Shown: piece after piece, positions 35,873 to 45,753 of the stretch
Position numbering within the stretch: position 1 is the first letter of the stretch
Layout of the letters: the number at the start of each line of letters is the position of its first letter
Virus record (IMG/VR): IMGVR_UViG_3300017727_000011
Location: 1-59,445 of that record
Origin: a virus
Lineage: Duplodnaviria > Caudoviricetes
Length of the DNA: 59,445 nt
Direction: 5' to 3' (one strand)
Translations under genes and position numbers: made by a program
The notes under the pieces: model-generated
Databases searched by the model: none
Seen by the model: the letters and a program-made list of their open reading frames with translations, nothing else
Told to the model about the DNA's origin: nothing

Positions 35873-37317
35873 GTGTTAATGAGTTTACCTTTAAAACTCA
35901 ACCATACCAACACCAATTAGATGCATTAAGTAAATCTCACAACAAAGATTACTATGCCTTTTTTATGGAAATGGGTACAGGTAAATCAAAGGTGTGTATA
36001 GATGATATGTGTATTGCGTATCAACAAAAAGAAATTAATTGTGGTATTGTTGTAGCCCCTAAAGGTGTGTATAGAAATTGGTCTCAATTAGAGATACCTA
36101 AACATATTAATGATGAAATTGATCATGATATTGTTGTTTGGTCTAATTCCACAAGTATGAAAAACAAAAAACAATTGAGAAAATTGTTTGAAAAGAATGA
36201 AAAATTAAAGTTTTTTGTAATTAATATTGAAGCATTTAGAACAAGAAAAGGTATTGAATTTACTAAAAAAGTGCTTCAGGAAAACAACTGTTTAATGGCA
36301 ATTGATGAAAGCACTGTGATTAAAAATCCTCAGGCTTTACAAACTAAAAACATTTTAAATTTAAGAAAACTAATTAAAAAAAGACGTTTGTTATCAGGTA
36401 TGCCTGTCACTAAATCACCCTTAGATTTATTTTCACAATGTCAATTTTTACATCCTAATGTTCTTGAATACGATAGTTATTATGCCTTTCGCTCCCGGTA
36501 CGCTATTTTACAAACAAGATCAACAGCCTCTCATAGTTTTCAACAAGTAGTAGATTATAAAAATTTAGATGAATTAAATAAAAAATTAGAAAAACATTCC
36601 TCAAGAGTTTTAAAAAAAGATTGTCTTGATTTACCTGATAAAGTTTATGTTAAAAGATTAGTTGAACTAACTCCTCAACAACAAAAAGCTTATGATGAAA
36701 TGAAGCGTGAAGCGATGACCATTATTAATGATGATCTCGTAAATGTTACAACTGTACTTGCACAGATAACAAAGCTTCAACAGATATGTTGTGGTTTTAT
36801 AATTGATTCTAACGGTGATCCTCAAACCATTGAGAACAATAGATACTCAGCTTTAATGGAAATATTAGAAGAAGCTGATGGACAAAAAGTAGTTATCTGG
36901 GCTAATTATCGTCATGACATCAAGAGTATTTTAAAACAAATACGATCTATTTATGGCTTTGAATCAGCCATGGGTTTTTATGGAGATACAAAAGATTCAG
37001 AAAGACAAGATATAGTCACTGAGTTTCAAGATCCTAATAGTAAATTGCAATATATAGTAGCAAATCCTCGTACAGCAGGGTATGGATTAACTCTTACAGA
37101 AAGTAATACAGTTGTCTATTTTAGTAATTCTTATGATTTAGAGATAAGAGTTCAATCAGAAGAAAGAGTCCATCGAATTGGTCAAACCAAAAAGTGTACT
37201 TACATTGATTTAGTCACAGAAAAAACTGTAGATGAAAAAATTATTAAATCTCTTCGCAAAAAAATAAATATATCATCTGAAGTAATGGGTGAAGAGCTCA
37301 AGTCGTGGTTAGTATAG
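35860..37317 (+). CDS. SNF2-family (SF2) helicase
   Basis: MEMGTGKS, IDES, LSGMP, GYGLTLT, QSEERVHRIGQ. Confidence 0.92.
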   Translation: MKFASVNEFTFKTQPYQHQLDALSKSHNKDYYAFFMEMGTGKSKVCIDDMCIAYQQKEINCGIVVAPKGVYRNWSQLEIPKHINDEIDHDIVVWSNSTSMKNKKQLRKLFEKNEKLKFFVINIEAFRTRKGIEFTKKVLQENNCLMAIDESTVIKNPQALQTKNILNLRKLIKKRRLLSGMPVTKSPLDLFSQCQFLHPNVLEYDSYYAFRSRYAILQTRSTASHSFQQVVDYKNLDELNKKLEKHSSRVLKKDCLDLPDKVYVKRLVELTPQQQKAYDEMKREAMTIINDDLVNVTTVLAQITKLQQICCGFIIDSNGDPQTIENNRYSALMEILEEADGQKVVIWANYRHDIKSILKQIRSIYGFESAMGFYGDTKDSERQDIVTEFQDPNSKLQYIVANPRTAGYGLTLTESNTVVYFSNSYDLEIRVQSEERVHRIGQTKKCTYIDLVTEKTVDEKIIKSLRKKINISSEVMGEELKSWLV

Positions 37318-37410
37318 GGTAACAACAGTTAATATTACTATTTAAAAAATAGTGATTTTTTGCCTTATATACACATACAATAAGTTGCTACCCTATGGGA
37401 TATATTTAAT

Positions 37411-37424
37411 CATAGCTGTTATGC
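37411..37424 (+). promoter_or_regulatory. LysR-type box-like palindrome
   Basis: CATAGCTGTTATGC (CATA-N5-TATG) upstream of a small plus-strand ORF. Confidence 0.35.
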
Positions 37425-37471
37425 AAAAACAACAATAAAATTTTAATAAAAAATAAAATAAGTATTTACTT

Positions 37472-37639
37472 ATGTTGAATATTTTAAAATCATTTGGAAA
37501 CTTTTTTACGTTAGAGCCTGACGCAGATAAGGCGTTGAAAGAGTTTATAAAAGCTGAATATAAAAAAGATTGGTTAGCTGCATACAAACATTATAAAGCA
37601 GAAGGTACATTACCTAGCTATATGAGAAGAACTTTATAA
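37472..37639 (+). CDS. Small protein (55 aa, not in ORF track)
   Basis: MLNILKSFGNFFTLEPDADKALKEFIKAEYKKDWLAAYKHYKAEGTLPSYMRRTL. Confidence 0.6.
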   Translation: MLNILKSFGNFFTLEPDADKALKEFIKAEYKKDWLAAYKHYKAEGTLPSYMRRTL

Positions 37640-37903
37640 AACATCCTCCAATACTCCAGCTTGGACACAAGTAAAATTAATTTCTACAGTGTCTAAGTCT
37701 TGGAGATCTTTTGTTACTAAACTATAATATTCATTACATTGTTCGTAATTTGGAAAATCTACTTCGGAAACCATTCTTAAACATTTTTGATCTACTCCTA
37801 AACCAATACACACCCAACCTATTAAAAAAAATTTTAAACTAGCCAAAGACTGTATCAGTAGCTCCAAACACTTCCTGACCTCTTGATGATGTTTGACCAC
37901 CAC
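37634..37903 (-). CDS. Small exported Cys-containing protein (true start probably near 37840)
   Basis: KFFLIGWVC...C...F.NYEQC...FTC. Confidence 0.5.
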   Translation of the reverse strand: MVVKHHQEVRKCLELLIQSLASLKFFLIGWVCIGLGVDQKCLRMVSEVDFPNYEQCNEYYSLVTKDLQDLDTVEINFTCVQAGVLEDVL

Positions 37904-40900
37904 CTCTCAAAGGAGGTAAAAACGCCATAGAGACTTGATTCAAGCTTGATGCGGGGCTAATGGTAGGAGAACTTAAAACAGGTTGTACTGGAATATTTGC
38001 TTGTGATTGATCTCCAGGTACAGTCCTTGCAATTTCATCTTCTCTTCTTTTTTTGAAACTATCAGCTTCTTCCATATTAATATCTTGTTCAATTCCGTCA
38101 GTCATCATTCCACCAATTTGTCCTAAGAATCCAATCATCTTTTCTATATCTCTTGATTTAAGATCCTGTCCAACAATCATATTGACTAAGGATTCAGAAA
38201 ACTCCCTGTCGTATAAAGATTTTGCTATTAATTCATTTCTTTTTCTAATGCTCAATTGTCTTAACATCCTAGCAAACAATTCACCAGCAACAAATTTAAT
38301 TCCTGTACGACCAGAAGCCACTGCAAAGAAACGTGAAAGAATTTGTGGTGATCCTGTGCCCAATACGCTTTTTACTACATCTCTTAATTGTTCAGGATCG
38401 GTTCTTCCTATAGGAAAGGGAACAGCTCCTGCTTTTTCATAAGCACTCGTAATTAATTTAAGTCTTTCAAAACCTTGAGGATCATTTACTAAATTAAAAA
38501 ATGTTTGAAAAGAATCTTTGTTTTTATCTAAGTAATCATTCATCTTGTCATACTTTGGATATTTACCTTTTCTGATATCAACCATAATTGGGGCTGACCA
38601 ATCTTTAAATATTTCTTTTTTAAAAGCTTGAAGTATGATTCCATCAGGATCATTTTGTGCTATAGCAGTTACAATTTTTTCCATATCATCAGGATCTGCT
38701 AATGCTTTTTTTACCATATCATCAGCATTCTTATAAGTAATTCCTCTGAATAATGTTTTGTCTTTAGCTAAATTTTCTAACTCAATAGTACCAGCAACAT
38801 TTAATCTTGCATTCTGTTCATTAATTTTATTTGCAAGGTTTATACCCACATCAGTTTTGCTGTTAAGATCAGCTTTGAAATTTGGAATTATTTCATCCAT
38901 TTTATTTATTATCTCAATGTTATCTGCTTTGAACTTATCAAGCTTTACATTGTCAATAACTCCTGTTGGCCTAAAAATATTTTTTATCATAGTATCATAA
39001 AAGGCGTTTTCTATTCCTTGTATGGCAATAGGATTATCACCAAAGAAATTTTTAAATTGATCTAAAGTTTCTGGGCTTTCTAAAAAAGCAGCTCCTACAC
39101 GTTCATTGGGTAATTTGTAATTACCATCTCCTGTTTCTGTTCTTAACTTTAAAATTACTCCTTGTTCGTAAAGATCTTTATATTCAGTATTGTATTTTGT
39201 TAACCAATTATCTACAGGTTCAACTGCTTCTGGAACTGACTTGAGTAATTGATCTGTTTTATGTTGTAGTAAAGATAATCTTCTAATTTTTTCTGAGTTT
39301 GTGTTTGGATTTCTAAGTGATTTATTTAAAGATTCTCCAATACTTCTTTTTAAACCAACTATTTCATCAGCACTTAATGTAAAAGTTTCATCAATTGGAT
39401 TATATTGTGGAGCTAGTCCAAAAGGTGCATCACCTTTTTGTTTATTACGCAGTAAACGTTGGTTAAGCATATTTATTGCTTCATCTAATTCTATAGTACT
39501 AATTTGTCCAGATTCTAATAGGGGACCAAGTTTGGCTAATAGCTCATCAAAAGGCTTAGTTAAATCTTTTAGAATTGTATATTCCTGAGGCAAGTCTCCT
39601 ACTGTTTGAAAAGGTTTAACAGCTAATTCACTTCTTACATCATCAACAAAAGTGTTGACCTCAACTCTTGGATTGAATTCTTTGACAGTTGCTTCTAATT
39701 CACCATATAAAGTATCTTGTGTTTGTTTAGCCTTTGTTCCTAATTCTCCACGTACAAAAATACCTGCATCTTTTAAAACTTCATCAGGAACCCTTGGAAA
39801 TGTTTTTAATAATTGTTCTTCAGCAGCAGCAATTTTACCTGGTACATCATCTAAAATAGCTGCATTCAAATTCTTTTGTGGATCAACATAAGTATTAAAT
39901 TTTTTAACAGGTTCTAATACCTCTTCTACACTACCATCATTAAACTTACGAGTTATAGGAATAGCATCAGGAAACTCTGCTGCAACTGTTGCATCTAGAA
40001 TAGCTTTGTTTTGTAAAGCTCTTTCTTGTGCAGCAGTTAATATTTCAGTTCTAACAGGTAAATCTGCTTCCATTTGAGATTGTGTTTTTATTAATTGTGG
40101 ATCTTGAGTTCTTTCAGCTAAAGACAAATTAAATTTTAAATCAGCTGCTTCTCCAGCTTCAGTTTTTTTAGCATTTTCGGAAGCAATAACGGGTGCAACT
40201 AAGTCTTCTATATTTTGTGATTCTTTTAAATTAGTTTTTGCAAAGTCATTTTCAACACTTTGTTGTATTTCACTTTTAGCATCTTCGTATGCTTTAGCCT
40301 CAGATTTTTTATCAATAAATTTTCTGAACTTATTAAAAACTGCCCCAAACACTCCTTGATCTTTCATATTCATAACCACGTCTAATGTTGCTTTAGGAAA
40401 ACCGTATAAAGCACCAGGCAAAGCTAATGAACTAGCAAAAGGTAAAACACCTCTCCATATCGCCTCAGTAGTACTTAATTCTTCTACTTTTTTATCAGAT
40501 AAATCGGCAGGTAATTCTCCTAATTCCCATCCTGTAGTAGCTAAAACATCAGTAAGAGCTGCAGTTGCAGGTGATCTTTGATAAAGTGTTAAAATTTCAT
40601 CAATAACTTTTTTACCTGTATCATAAACATTATTTTTAAAAGTATCAGGTCCCATTTGTTTCAGAATACTAGCACCAGCAGGTATAGATCCCGCAATTTT
40701 TGGGCTGGTTAAAGCAGCACCACCTGCTGCAAACTCAATACCTAGTAAGGTACCAGCAGCTACACGATCTGCAACTCTCTCTCCTAATGTCTTTGGAGTA
40801 AATCTTGGATCAATAGCTTTTGTAATTTCAAAACCTTTTTGAATAGAGTCTTTTATATTTTGTCGATACTCTTCTTCTTCAGATAAATATTCATCAATAT

Positions 40901-41318
40901 CTGAAGCAGTCCAATTTATGTATGGAAGAAAATCAGAACCAGATTGTAACAAACCTGCTAACCTTTGATTAAAACCATTTGTAAATGATTTATATAAATT
41001 TTCACCATTACTTTGATAAATACCCGCTACTTGTTCTTTCGTTAAACCATAATCATTTAAAAGTTCGTCAACTAATTGATTTGTTTGAAATGCATTAAAA
41101 TCATTCTTGATTGAATATTGACGTAAGTTTTTTAAATCTTCTCTTGCATCAATAACTTTTTTTCTTAACTCTTCGTCATCAGGTAAATATATTTTTGTGT
41201 TAGATTCTTCTCTTGGAATTTCTATTTCGTTTTGTACAAATTCACTATCTGTTTTAGAAGTTGCTTGGGCAACTGCTTGCTTAACGACTTCTCTCTCATA
41301 TTCTGCAGGTAAAGCCAT
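37839..41318 (-). CDS. Large internal virion (ejection) protein
   Basis: 1159 aa helical protein, last of a coupled four-gene block. Confidence 0.65.
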   Translation of the reverse strand: MALPAEYEREVVKQAVAQATSKTDSEFVQNEIEIPREESNTKIYLPDDEELRKKVIDAREDLKNLRQYSIKNDFNAFQTNQLVDELLNDYGLTKEQVAGIYQSNGENLYKSFTNGFNQRLAGLLQSGSDFLPYINWTASDIDEYLSEEEEYRQNIKDSIQKGFEITKAIDPRFTPKTLGERVADRVAAGTLLGIEFAAGGAALTSPKIAGSIPAGASILKQMGPDTFKNNVYDTGKKVIDEILTLYQRSPATAALTDVLATTGWELGELPADLSDKKVEELSTTEAIWRGVLPFASSLALPGALYGFPKATLDVVMNMKDQGVFGAVFNKFRKFIDKKSEAKAYEDAKSEIQQSVENDFAKTNLKESQNIEDLVAPVIASENAKKTEAGEAADLKFNLSLAERTQDPQLIKTQSQMEADLPVRTEILTAAQERALQNKAILDATVAAEFPDAIPITRKFNDGSVEEVLEPVKKFNTYVDPQKNLNAAILDDVPGKIAAAEEQLLKTFPRVPDEVLKDAGIFVRGELGTKAKQTQDTLYGELEATVKEFNPRVEVNTFVDDVRSELAVKPFQTVGDLPQEYTILKDLTKPFDELLAKLGPLLESGQISTIELDEAINMLNQRLLRNKQKGDAPFGLAPQYNPIDETFTLSADEIVGLKRSIGESLNKSLRNPNTNSEKIRRLSLLQHKTDQLLKSVPEAVEPVDNWLTKYNTEYKDLYEQGVILKLRTETGDGNYKLPNERVGAAFLESPETLDQFKNFFGDNPIAIQGIENAFYDTMIKNIFRPTGVIDNVKLDKFKADNIEIINKMDEIIPNFKADLNSKTDVGINLANKINEQNARLNVAGTIELENLAKDKTLFRGITYKNADDMVKKALADPDDMEKIVTAIAQNDPDGIILQAFKKEIFKDWSAPIMVDIRKGKYPKYDKMNDYLDKNKDSFQTFFNLVNDPQGFERLKLITSAYEKAGAVPFPIGRTDPEQLRDVVKSVLGTGSPQILSRFFAVASGRTGIKFVAGELFARMLRQLSIRKRNELIAKSLYDREFSESLVNMIVGQDLKSRDIEKMIGFLGQIGGMMTDGIEQDINMEEADSFKKRREDEIARTVPGDQSQANIPVQPVLSSPTISPASSLNQVSMAFLPPLRGGGQTSSRGQEVFGATDTVFG

Positions 41319-42439
41319 TATTGTTCTTGCCCTTCTATAACGTAGCTCCCTTCATCTGCATCTAAATTCATTCCTGAAAAAGCATCATCTCCAGACTTAA
41401 ATTGTTGATACTCAGAGCTAGCACTAAATGGACTTGGGTTATTAAGATCATATTCATTAACTAAATCATTATATTCTGCTCTATTAGAAGCTTTATTTGC
41501 AAATTTTCCGTAAGCTATAGTTCTATCTGCATAGAATTTTAAAATATTGACTAATCTCTGATTAGCTTCTGGATCTGTTGCTAAATTGGGCGTTGATCTA
41601 AGTAAATTTGTTAGTTCAAAGTTTGACTTATTACCTGTTAATTTCTCAGCTAAGTCCAATGCTAAATTTCTATTGATTATATTAAGCATATCAGAATCAG
41701 CACCCGATACAGTAAGTCGATTAAACCCTGTATTATTCAAAAATCCATCAATATCAAATCCAAAAGCATCGCCAACCTTGACTAGTCCAGCTAATGATGC
41801 AACAACTGGGTTTGTAGTCATATCAGGATCAGATAAAATTTGCATAGTCTCTTCTAATAACACAGTGGTAGCTTTTGCTTTATTCGCATCCTCTTCCTTT
41901 TTATCTCTGAAAGCAATGTAATCCTTTACATCATACTTACCTGTACCTTTTTGTTGAATTATACCCTCTAAATTTTCTAAATCTTTTAATTCCCAATCTG
42001 CTAATTTTTCTCCTGCTTGAATTCTTTGATTGTAAGCATTGATCTTTCCAATAAAACCCTCTGTTTCGGTTTTTTTATCATCAGAAACATCAGGAATACT
42101 TTCTTTATAAATATCTAAGGAGGTATCTAATATCTTTGCTTGTTTTTCTTGATCTGCTTGTGCTCGCAATAATTCATCAGTTTGTCTACCCGCACTAATT
42201 CCACCAAATAAATTTTTTAAATCATCTGCAAGAATTGCACTACTACTTGGAAGCTTTGTACCAGGTCTAGCTGTTCCAGTGAAACTTTCTGGATTTTGTG
42301 CTAAAAATTGTCCTGCAATGTCAAGTTTTGTTCTCTCAGGTAAAGTTCCAATACCTGAATAAAGATCACTTACATTAGATACAATCTTTTCGAACCCTGG
42401 AAAGTTCGCAAACATTTTTCTATTTTCTAATTTTGCCAT
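41318..42439 (-). CDS. Internal virion (ejection) protein
   Basis: Position in the block; G.KSNFEL..L...P motif. Confidence 0.6.
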   Translation of the reverse strand: MAKLENRKMFANFPGFEKIVSNVSDLYSGIGTLPERTKLDIAGQFLAQNPESFTGTARPGTKLPSSSAILADDLKNLFGGISAGRQTDELLRAQADQEKQAKILDTSLDIYKESIPDVSDDKKTETEGFIGKINAYNQRIQAGEKLADWELKDLENLEGIIQQKGTGKYDVKDYIAFRDKKEEDANKAKATTVLLEETMQILSDPDMTTNPVVASLAGLVKVGDAFGFDIDGFLNNTGFNRLTVSGADSDMLNIINRNLALDLAEKLTGNKSNFELTNLLRSTPNLATDPEANQRLVNILKFYADRTIAYGKFANKASNRAEYNDLVNEYDLNNPSPFSASSEYQQFKSGDDAFSGMNLDADEGSYVIEGQEQ

Positions 42440-42442
42440 GGT

Positions 42443-43333
42443 TTACCCAAATGCAGATAATGCTCCTATACCTAATCCTAGTGACTGAGAATAAGGGCTG
42501 TATTGATAAGGAGAGGATGTTACTGATTGTGATGGATAAGGTAATCCACCTAAAATACCAGCACCAAAATCAAGTCTTTCAAAAGGCTCTGCTTGTTGAG
42601 CTAATGTGTTTAATCGTTGTGCTTCTAAACCTGCTTGTTCTTGCTGTTGTTGTAGAGCACCAATACCTTGTAAAAAAGCAATATCTCTTTGAGGTGCTTG
42701 TTGAGCCGTAGTAGCTAATCCTCTAAATTGTGGAGCAGCATAAAGTGATCGTGCCGATGCTGATTCCTGAGCCGATTGTGATCCCGCTAGGGCCTGTAAA
42801 TAATTTCTTTGTAAATCTTCAAAAATTCTTTTGGATTTAACGTCTTGTAAATTTCTACCTAGTTCTGCTCGTTGTACACCTTCTCTTCCACCACCAAAAG
42901 CACCAGATGCTATAGCAGAAGCAGATAATTGATTTTCAGCTTGAGCAGCCTGTCGATCTAATTCAGCTAATGCTTGTTGAGTTACTGATTGTTGATAAGG
43001 ATCCATGAATGATTGGATACCTTCAGCAGTGGGTGTAAATTGTGTTTGTGCAGATTGAAGTGCAGCGTTAGCTTGTTGCATGTATGGTTCAAATGCACCA
43101 AGTCCTAAACTTGTTGCACCAACATTACTAGCAGCAGTGTTAGCAGCTTCGGATATAGCTTGTTGAACAGGAGTAAATGCAGCTACTTGTTGTGCAGGAA
43201 TTTCTCTTGGTTTTTCAATTAATCCAGTTGTTCCATCTGTTCCAAAAATTGTATTTAAAAGTTCTTGTGTCCTTGATTGTATATAAGGAGCAGGAAGAAT
43301 GCCTGAATATGATACGTCTTGTATAGTAGCCAT
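42443..43333 (-). CDS. Internal virion / DNA-pilot protein
   Basis: Q/A-rich; FMDPYQQSV, SGAFGGGREGV; hydrophobic Gly-rich C-terminus. Confidence 0.7.
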   Translation of the reverse strand: MATIQDVSYSGILPAPYIQSRTQELLNTIFGTDGTTGLIEKPREIPAQQVAAFTPVQQAISEAANTAASNVGATSLGLGAFEPYMQQANAALQSAQTQFTPTAEGIQSFMDPYQQSVTQQALAELDRQAAQAENQLSASAIASGAFGGGREGVQRAELGRNLQDVKSKRIFEDLQRNYLQALAGSQSAQESASARSLYAAPQFRGLATTAQQAPQRDIAFLQGIGALQQQQEQAGLEAQRLNTLAQQAEPFERLDFGAGILGGLPYPSQSVTSSPYQYSPYSQSLGLGIGALSAFG

Positions 43334-44502
43334 TATGCTCTACCTCCAACTTGATTTTGCATATTATATAAAAGTTCAGCACCTTTTGATCTTTCTTGTG
43401 CTCTACCTTTACCACCCATTAAACTTCCAAGTCCACGAACTGTTCTAGCATTTACTACAAACTCTCCATCAGACAACATAGCAGGAATATCATCAGAAGT
43501 TTCAGTGCCGGGTCCTTCGATCTCACCATTTTTTCTTGGAAAGCCACCTTCAGCTAAACTCATAAGTCCTCCATTCTTTACAAAGGCTCTTGGATCTACT
43601 GGAGCATAACTAATAGGTGTGGGTTTATCAAAGCCACCTAACACCTTATCTGTAGTAATAGTTTCATACAAACCTTTAGGCATGGCTTCTTCATCAGTAG
43701 GTATTTCACTTTTAAGGTAATCACCACCAAGTTTTGTTATTAATGCTAATTGTAATGCTTTTTCAAAAGTTAAACCTTTTTTCATATTTTTACCAACTTC
43801 ACCTTTTACTTGACTTTCAACAGATCCAGTTAAACCAAGTTTATCTGTGACTTTAGTTACAGCCTCACCTACTGATCCACCCTTAAAAGACATTTGACCA
43901 CCAGAACCTAACACACCTTGTGTTGCTGTTGTTCTACCTGGTGCACCACCTGATGCGATAGTATCTCCAAAAAGAAAAGAAGAAAAATCGGTAGCTGATG
44001 TTTTACCAGCTCCTGTTAAAAAACTTAAAGGTGTTCCTGCACCAAATTTTGCAACCTGACCAAGAGATCCAATACCAGGAGAAAAATATCCACTAGCTCC
44101 TGCACCTATATAATCTTTTACCCCATACTTTTGAGCTTCAGGTTCAAAAAAAGTAGCTCCTGCAGCAAGTAAGGGATTTCCTGTTAAAATACCAACTGCT
44201 TCACCAAGATACTTTTCTGAATCACCAGGTAAGATATCTTTAATAATTTTTCTAATACCTTTGATAAAAAACTCTGGAAGACCAGTTTTTGGATTAATAG
44301 AGTTTGCTTTACTACCAACTCTAAAACGAGAAGGTTCAAGTCCTATTTTTCTAAATTCTTTATATATAGCATCTTTTAAATCAGGGTTTAATTTAAGTAA
44401 ATCAGAGGGAATGACCATTTCGTCTTCTGCCACGTGAGCCAAGAAGCTATCTTCATATCTACCTAATTTTGCTAATTTTTGTGCTTGTATTTTTTCAGTC
44501 AT
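43333..44502 (-). CDS. Internal virion protein
   Basis: INPKTGLPEF; Gly-rich hydrophobic middle; GPGTETSDDIPAMLSDGEFVV. Confidence 0.7.
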   Translation of the reverse strand: MTEKIQAQKLAKLGRYEDSFLAHVAEDEMVIPSDLLKLNPDLKDAIYKEFRKIGLEPSRFRVGSKANSINPKTGLPEFFIKGIRKIIKDILPGDSEKYLGEAVGILTGNPLLAAGATFFEPEAQKYGVKDYIGAGASGYFSPGIGSLGQVAKFGAGTPLSFLTGAGKTSATDFSSFLFGDTIASGGAPGRTTATQGVLGSGGQMSFKGGSVGEAVTKVTDKLGLTGSVESQVKGEVGKNMKKGLTFEKALQLALITKLGGDYLKSEIPTDEEAMPKGLYETITTDKVLGGFDKPTPISYAPVDPRAFVKNGGLMSLAEGGFPRKNGEIEGPGTETSDDIPAMLSDGEFVVNARTVRGLGSLMGGKGRAQERSKGAELLYNMQNQVGGRA

Positions 44503-44561
44503 TTAAGATCCCTTAATTATATATTTATACCTAAAATTAAGGTATATTACAAAGAAAAATA

Positions 44562-44861
44562 ATGAAAGTAATTCGTAACTTCCAAGACTTTAAATTAACC
44601 GATTGCCCCTTAGTATTGGTTAAATGGCTTGATGCTCATGATGCTCTTGAGACAGGATGGCATGAATGGGCAGACATTTTTCGTAAAGCAAAGCTAGCAG
44701 AATGTACCTCAGTAGGTTATTTATTTCATCAAGATGATCAAAAGATAGTATTAGTTGCCGATGAATGTGGCGAATTTGGATCTCGTATTACAGTTATACC
44801 AGGCAACTGGGTAGAAGATGTAGAGTTTTTAAAAAAAAGTAAGTCTAAGGGATCTTCTTAA
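44562..44861 (+). CDS. Conserved small phage protein
   Basis: LVKWLDA..GW...CTSVGYL...IVL..D...VIP motif. Confidence 0.7.
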   Translation: MKVIRNFQDFKLTDCPLVLVKWLDAHDALETGWHEWADIFRKAKLAECTSVGYLFHQDDQKIVLVADECGEFGSRITVIPGNWVEDVEFLKKSKSKGSS

Positions 44862-45444
44862 GCCATCTTTCAGGATCATTTGATTTATCGTGATACCACG
44901 TAGACTCTTTGCCCATCATAACAGCTAAATGTGCATTGCCTTTATAATATTCAGATAAGCCTTTTTTACATCCCATTTCTACTGATTGCATGTAATAATC
45001 ATCACCAAACATTGTGCCGTCATCTTTAATTTTTGGTAACCAATTTAAAACATCTTCTGTAACAGCCTCATATTTATGATCAGCATCAACCATAACTGCA
45101 TCAAAATATTTATCATCAAACAACTTTACGGCTTCATCAGTACGCATTTTATGTACTTTTGTAATCCATCCTTCTTGCACTAAATGACCGCAGTGATCAA
45201 TAAACTTATCATAAAAAGATTCCATATGATCATGTTCACCTGATGTACCTTCAAAAGTATCTACAACATGAAATTCAAATTTTTTATTATGTTCCTTGAG
45301 CCGTGATGCAAGAAAGTTGGTGCTTTTTCCAAGCAAACATCCTAGTTCTATAAATTTACTTCCTTCGGGTAGTTTATGAGCAATCATCTCATACGTTTCC
45401 ATATAATTAAAGTATCCTGGTATTTCAAACCATGGTTTTGACAT
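44845..45444 (-). CDS. Class I SAM-dependent methyltransferase (Methyltransf_24-like)
   Basis: IELGCLLGKS, VDTF, VDADHKYEAV..D, GDDY. Confidence 0.85.
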   Translation of the reverse strand: MSKPWFEIPGYFNYMETYEMIAHKLPEGSKFIELGCLLGKSTNFLASRLKEHNKKFEFHVVDTFEGTSGEHDHMESFYDKFIDHCGHLVQEGWITKVHKMRTDEAVKLFDDKYFDAVMVDADHKYEAVTEDVLNWLPKIKDDGTMFGDDYYMQSVEMGCKKGLSEYYKGNAHLAVMMGKESTWYHDKSNDPERWLKKIP

Positions 45445-45462
45445 TCTCTCTCCTTTTTTATT

Positions 45463-45714
45463 TTATTCTTTTATTACGGCACCTGTAAATAATTTTGGTG
45501 CAATAACATTTACGTCTCGTCTGATTTCACTATCAGTGGTGTCGGTGCTAGGATCGGCAACGTCATTGTTTGCGTGATCCTCAGATTCATATTCGACACC
45601 TGTTCTTGTATTAGTAATAGTGGTTTCTACCTTACAGCTATAGACAGGAATTTGATTTCCCTCTGCGTCGTACTCATAGCGTAAGATGATTGGTTCATCT
45701 ATAATCTTTGCCAT
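45463..45714 (-). CDS. Hypothetical protein
   Basis: ORF downstream of a TTGATT-17-TAAAAC promoter-like site. Confidence 0.65.
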   Translation of the reverse strand: MAKIIDEPIILRYEYDAEGNQIPVYSCKVETTITNTRTGVEYESEDHANNDVADPSTDTTDSEIRRDVNVIAPKLFTGAVIKE

Positions 45715-45753
45715 GTTATAGTTTTATCTAGTAAAAACTACGAAATCAAGGGG

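Noticed and set aside
37393-37587. Minus-strand 64-aa ORF
   Set aside because: The plus-strand ORF at 37472-37639 looks more protein-like and occupies the same DNA.
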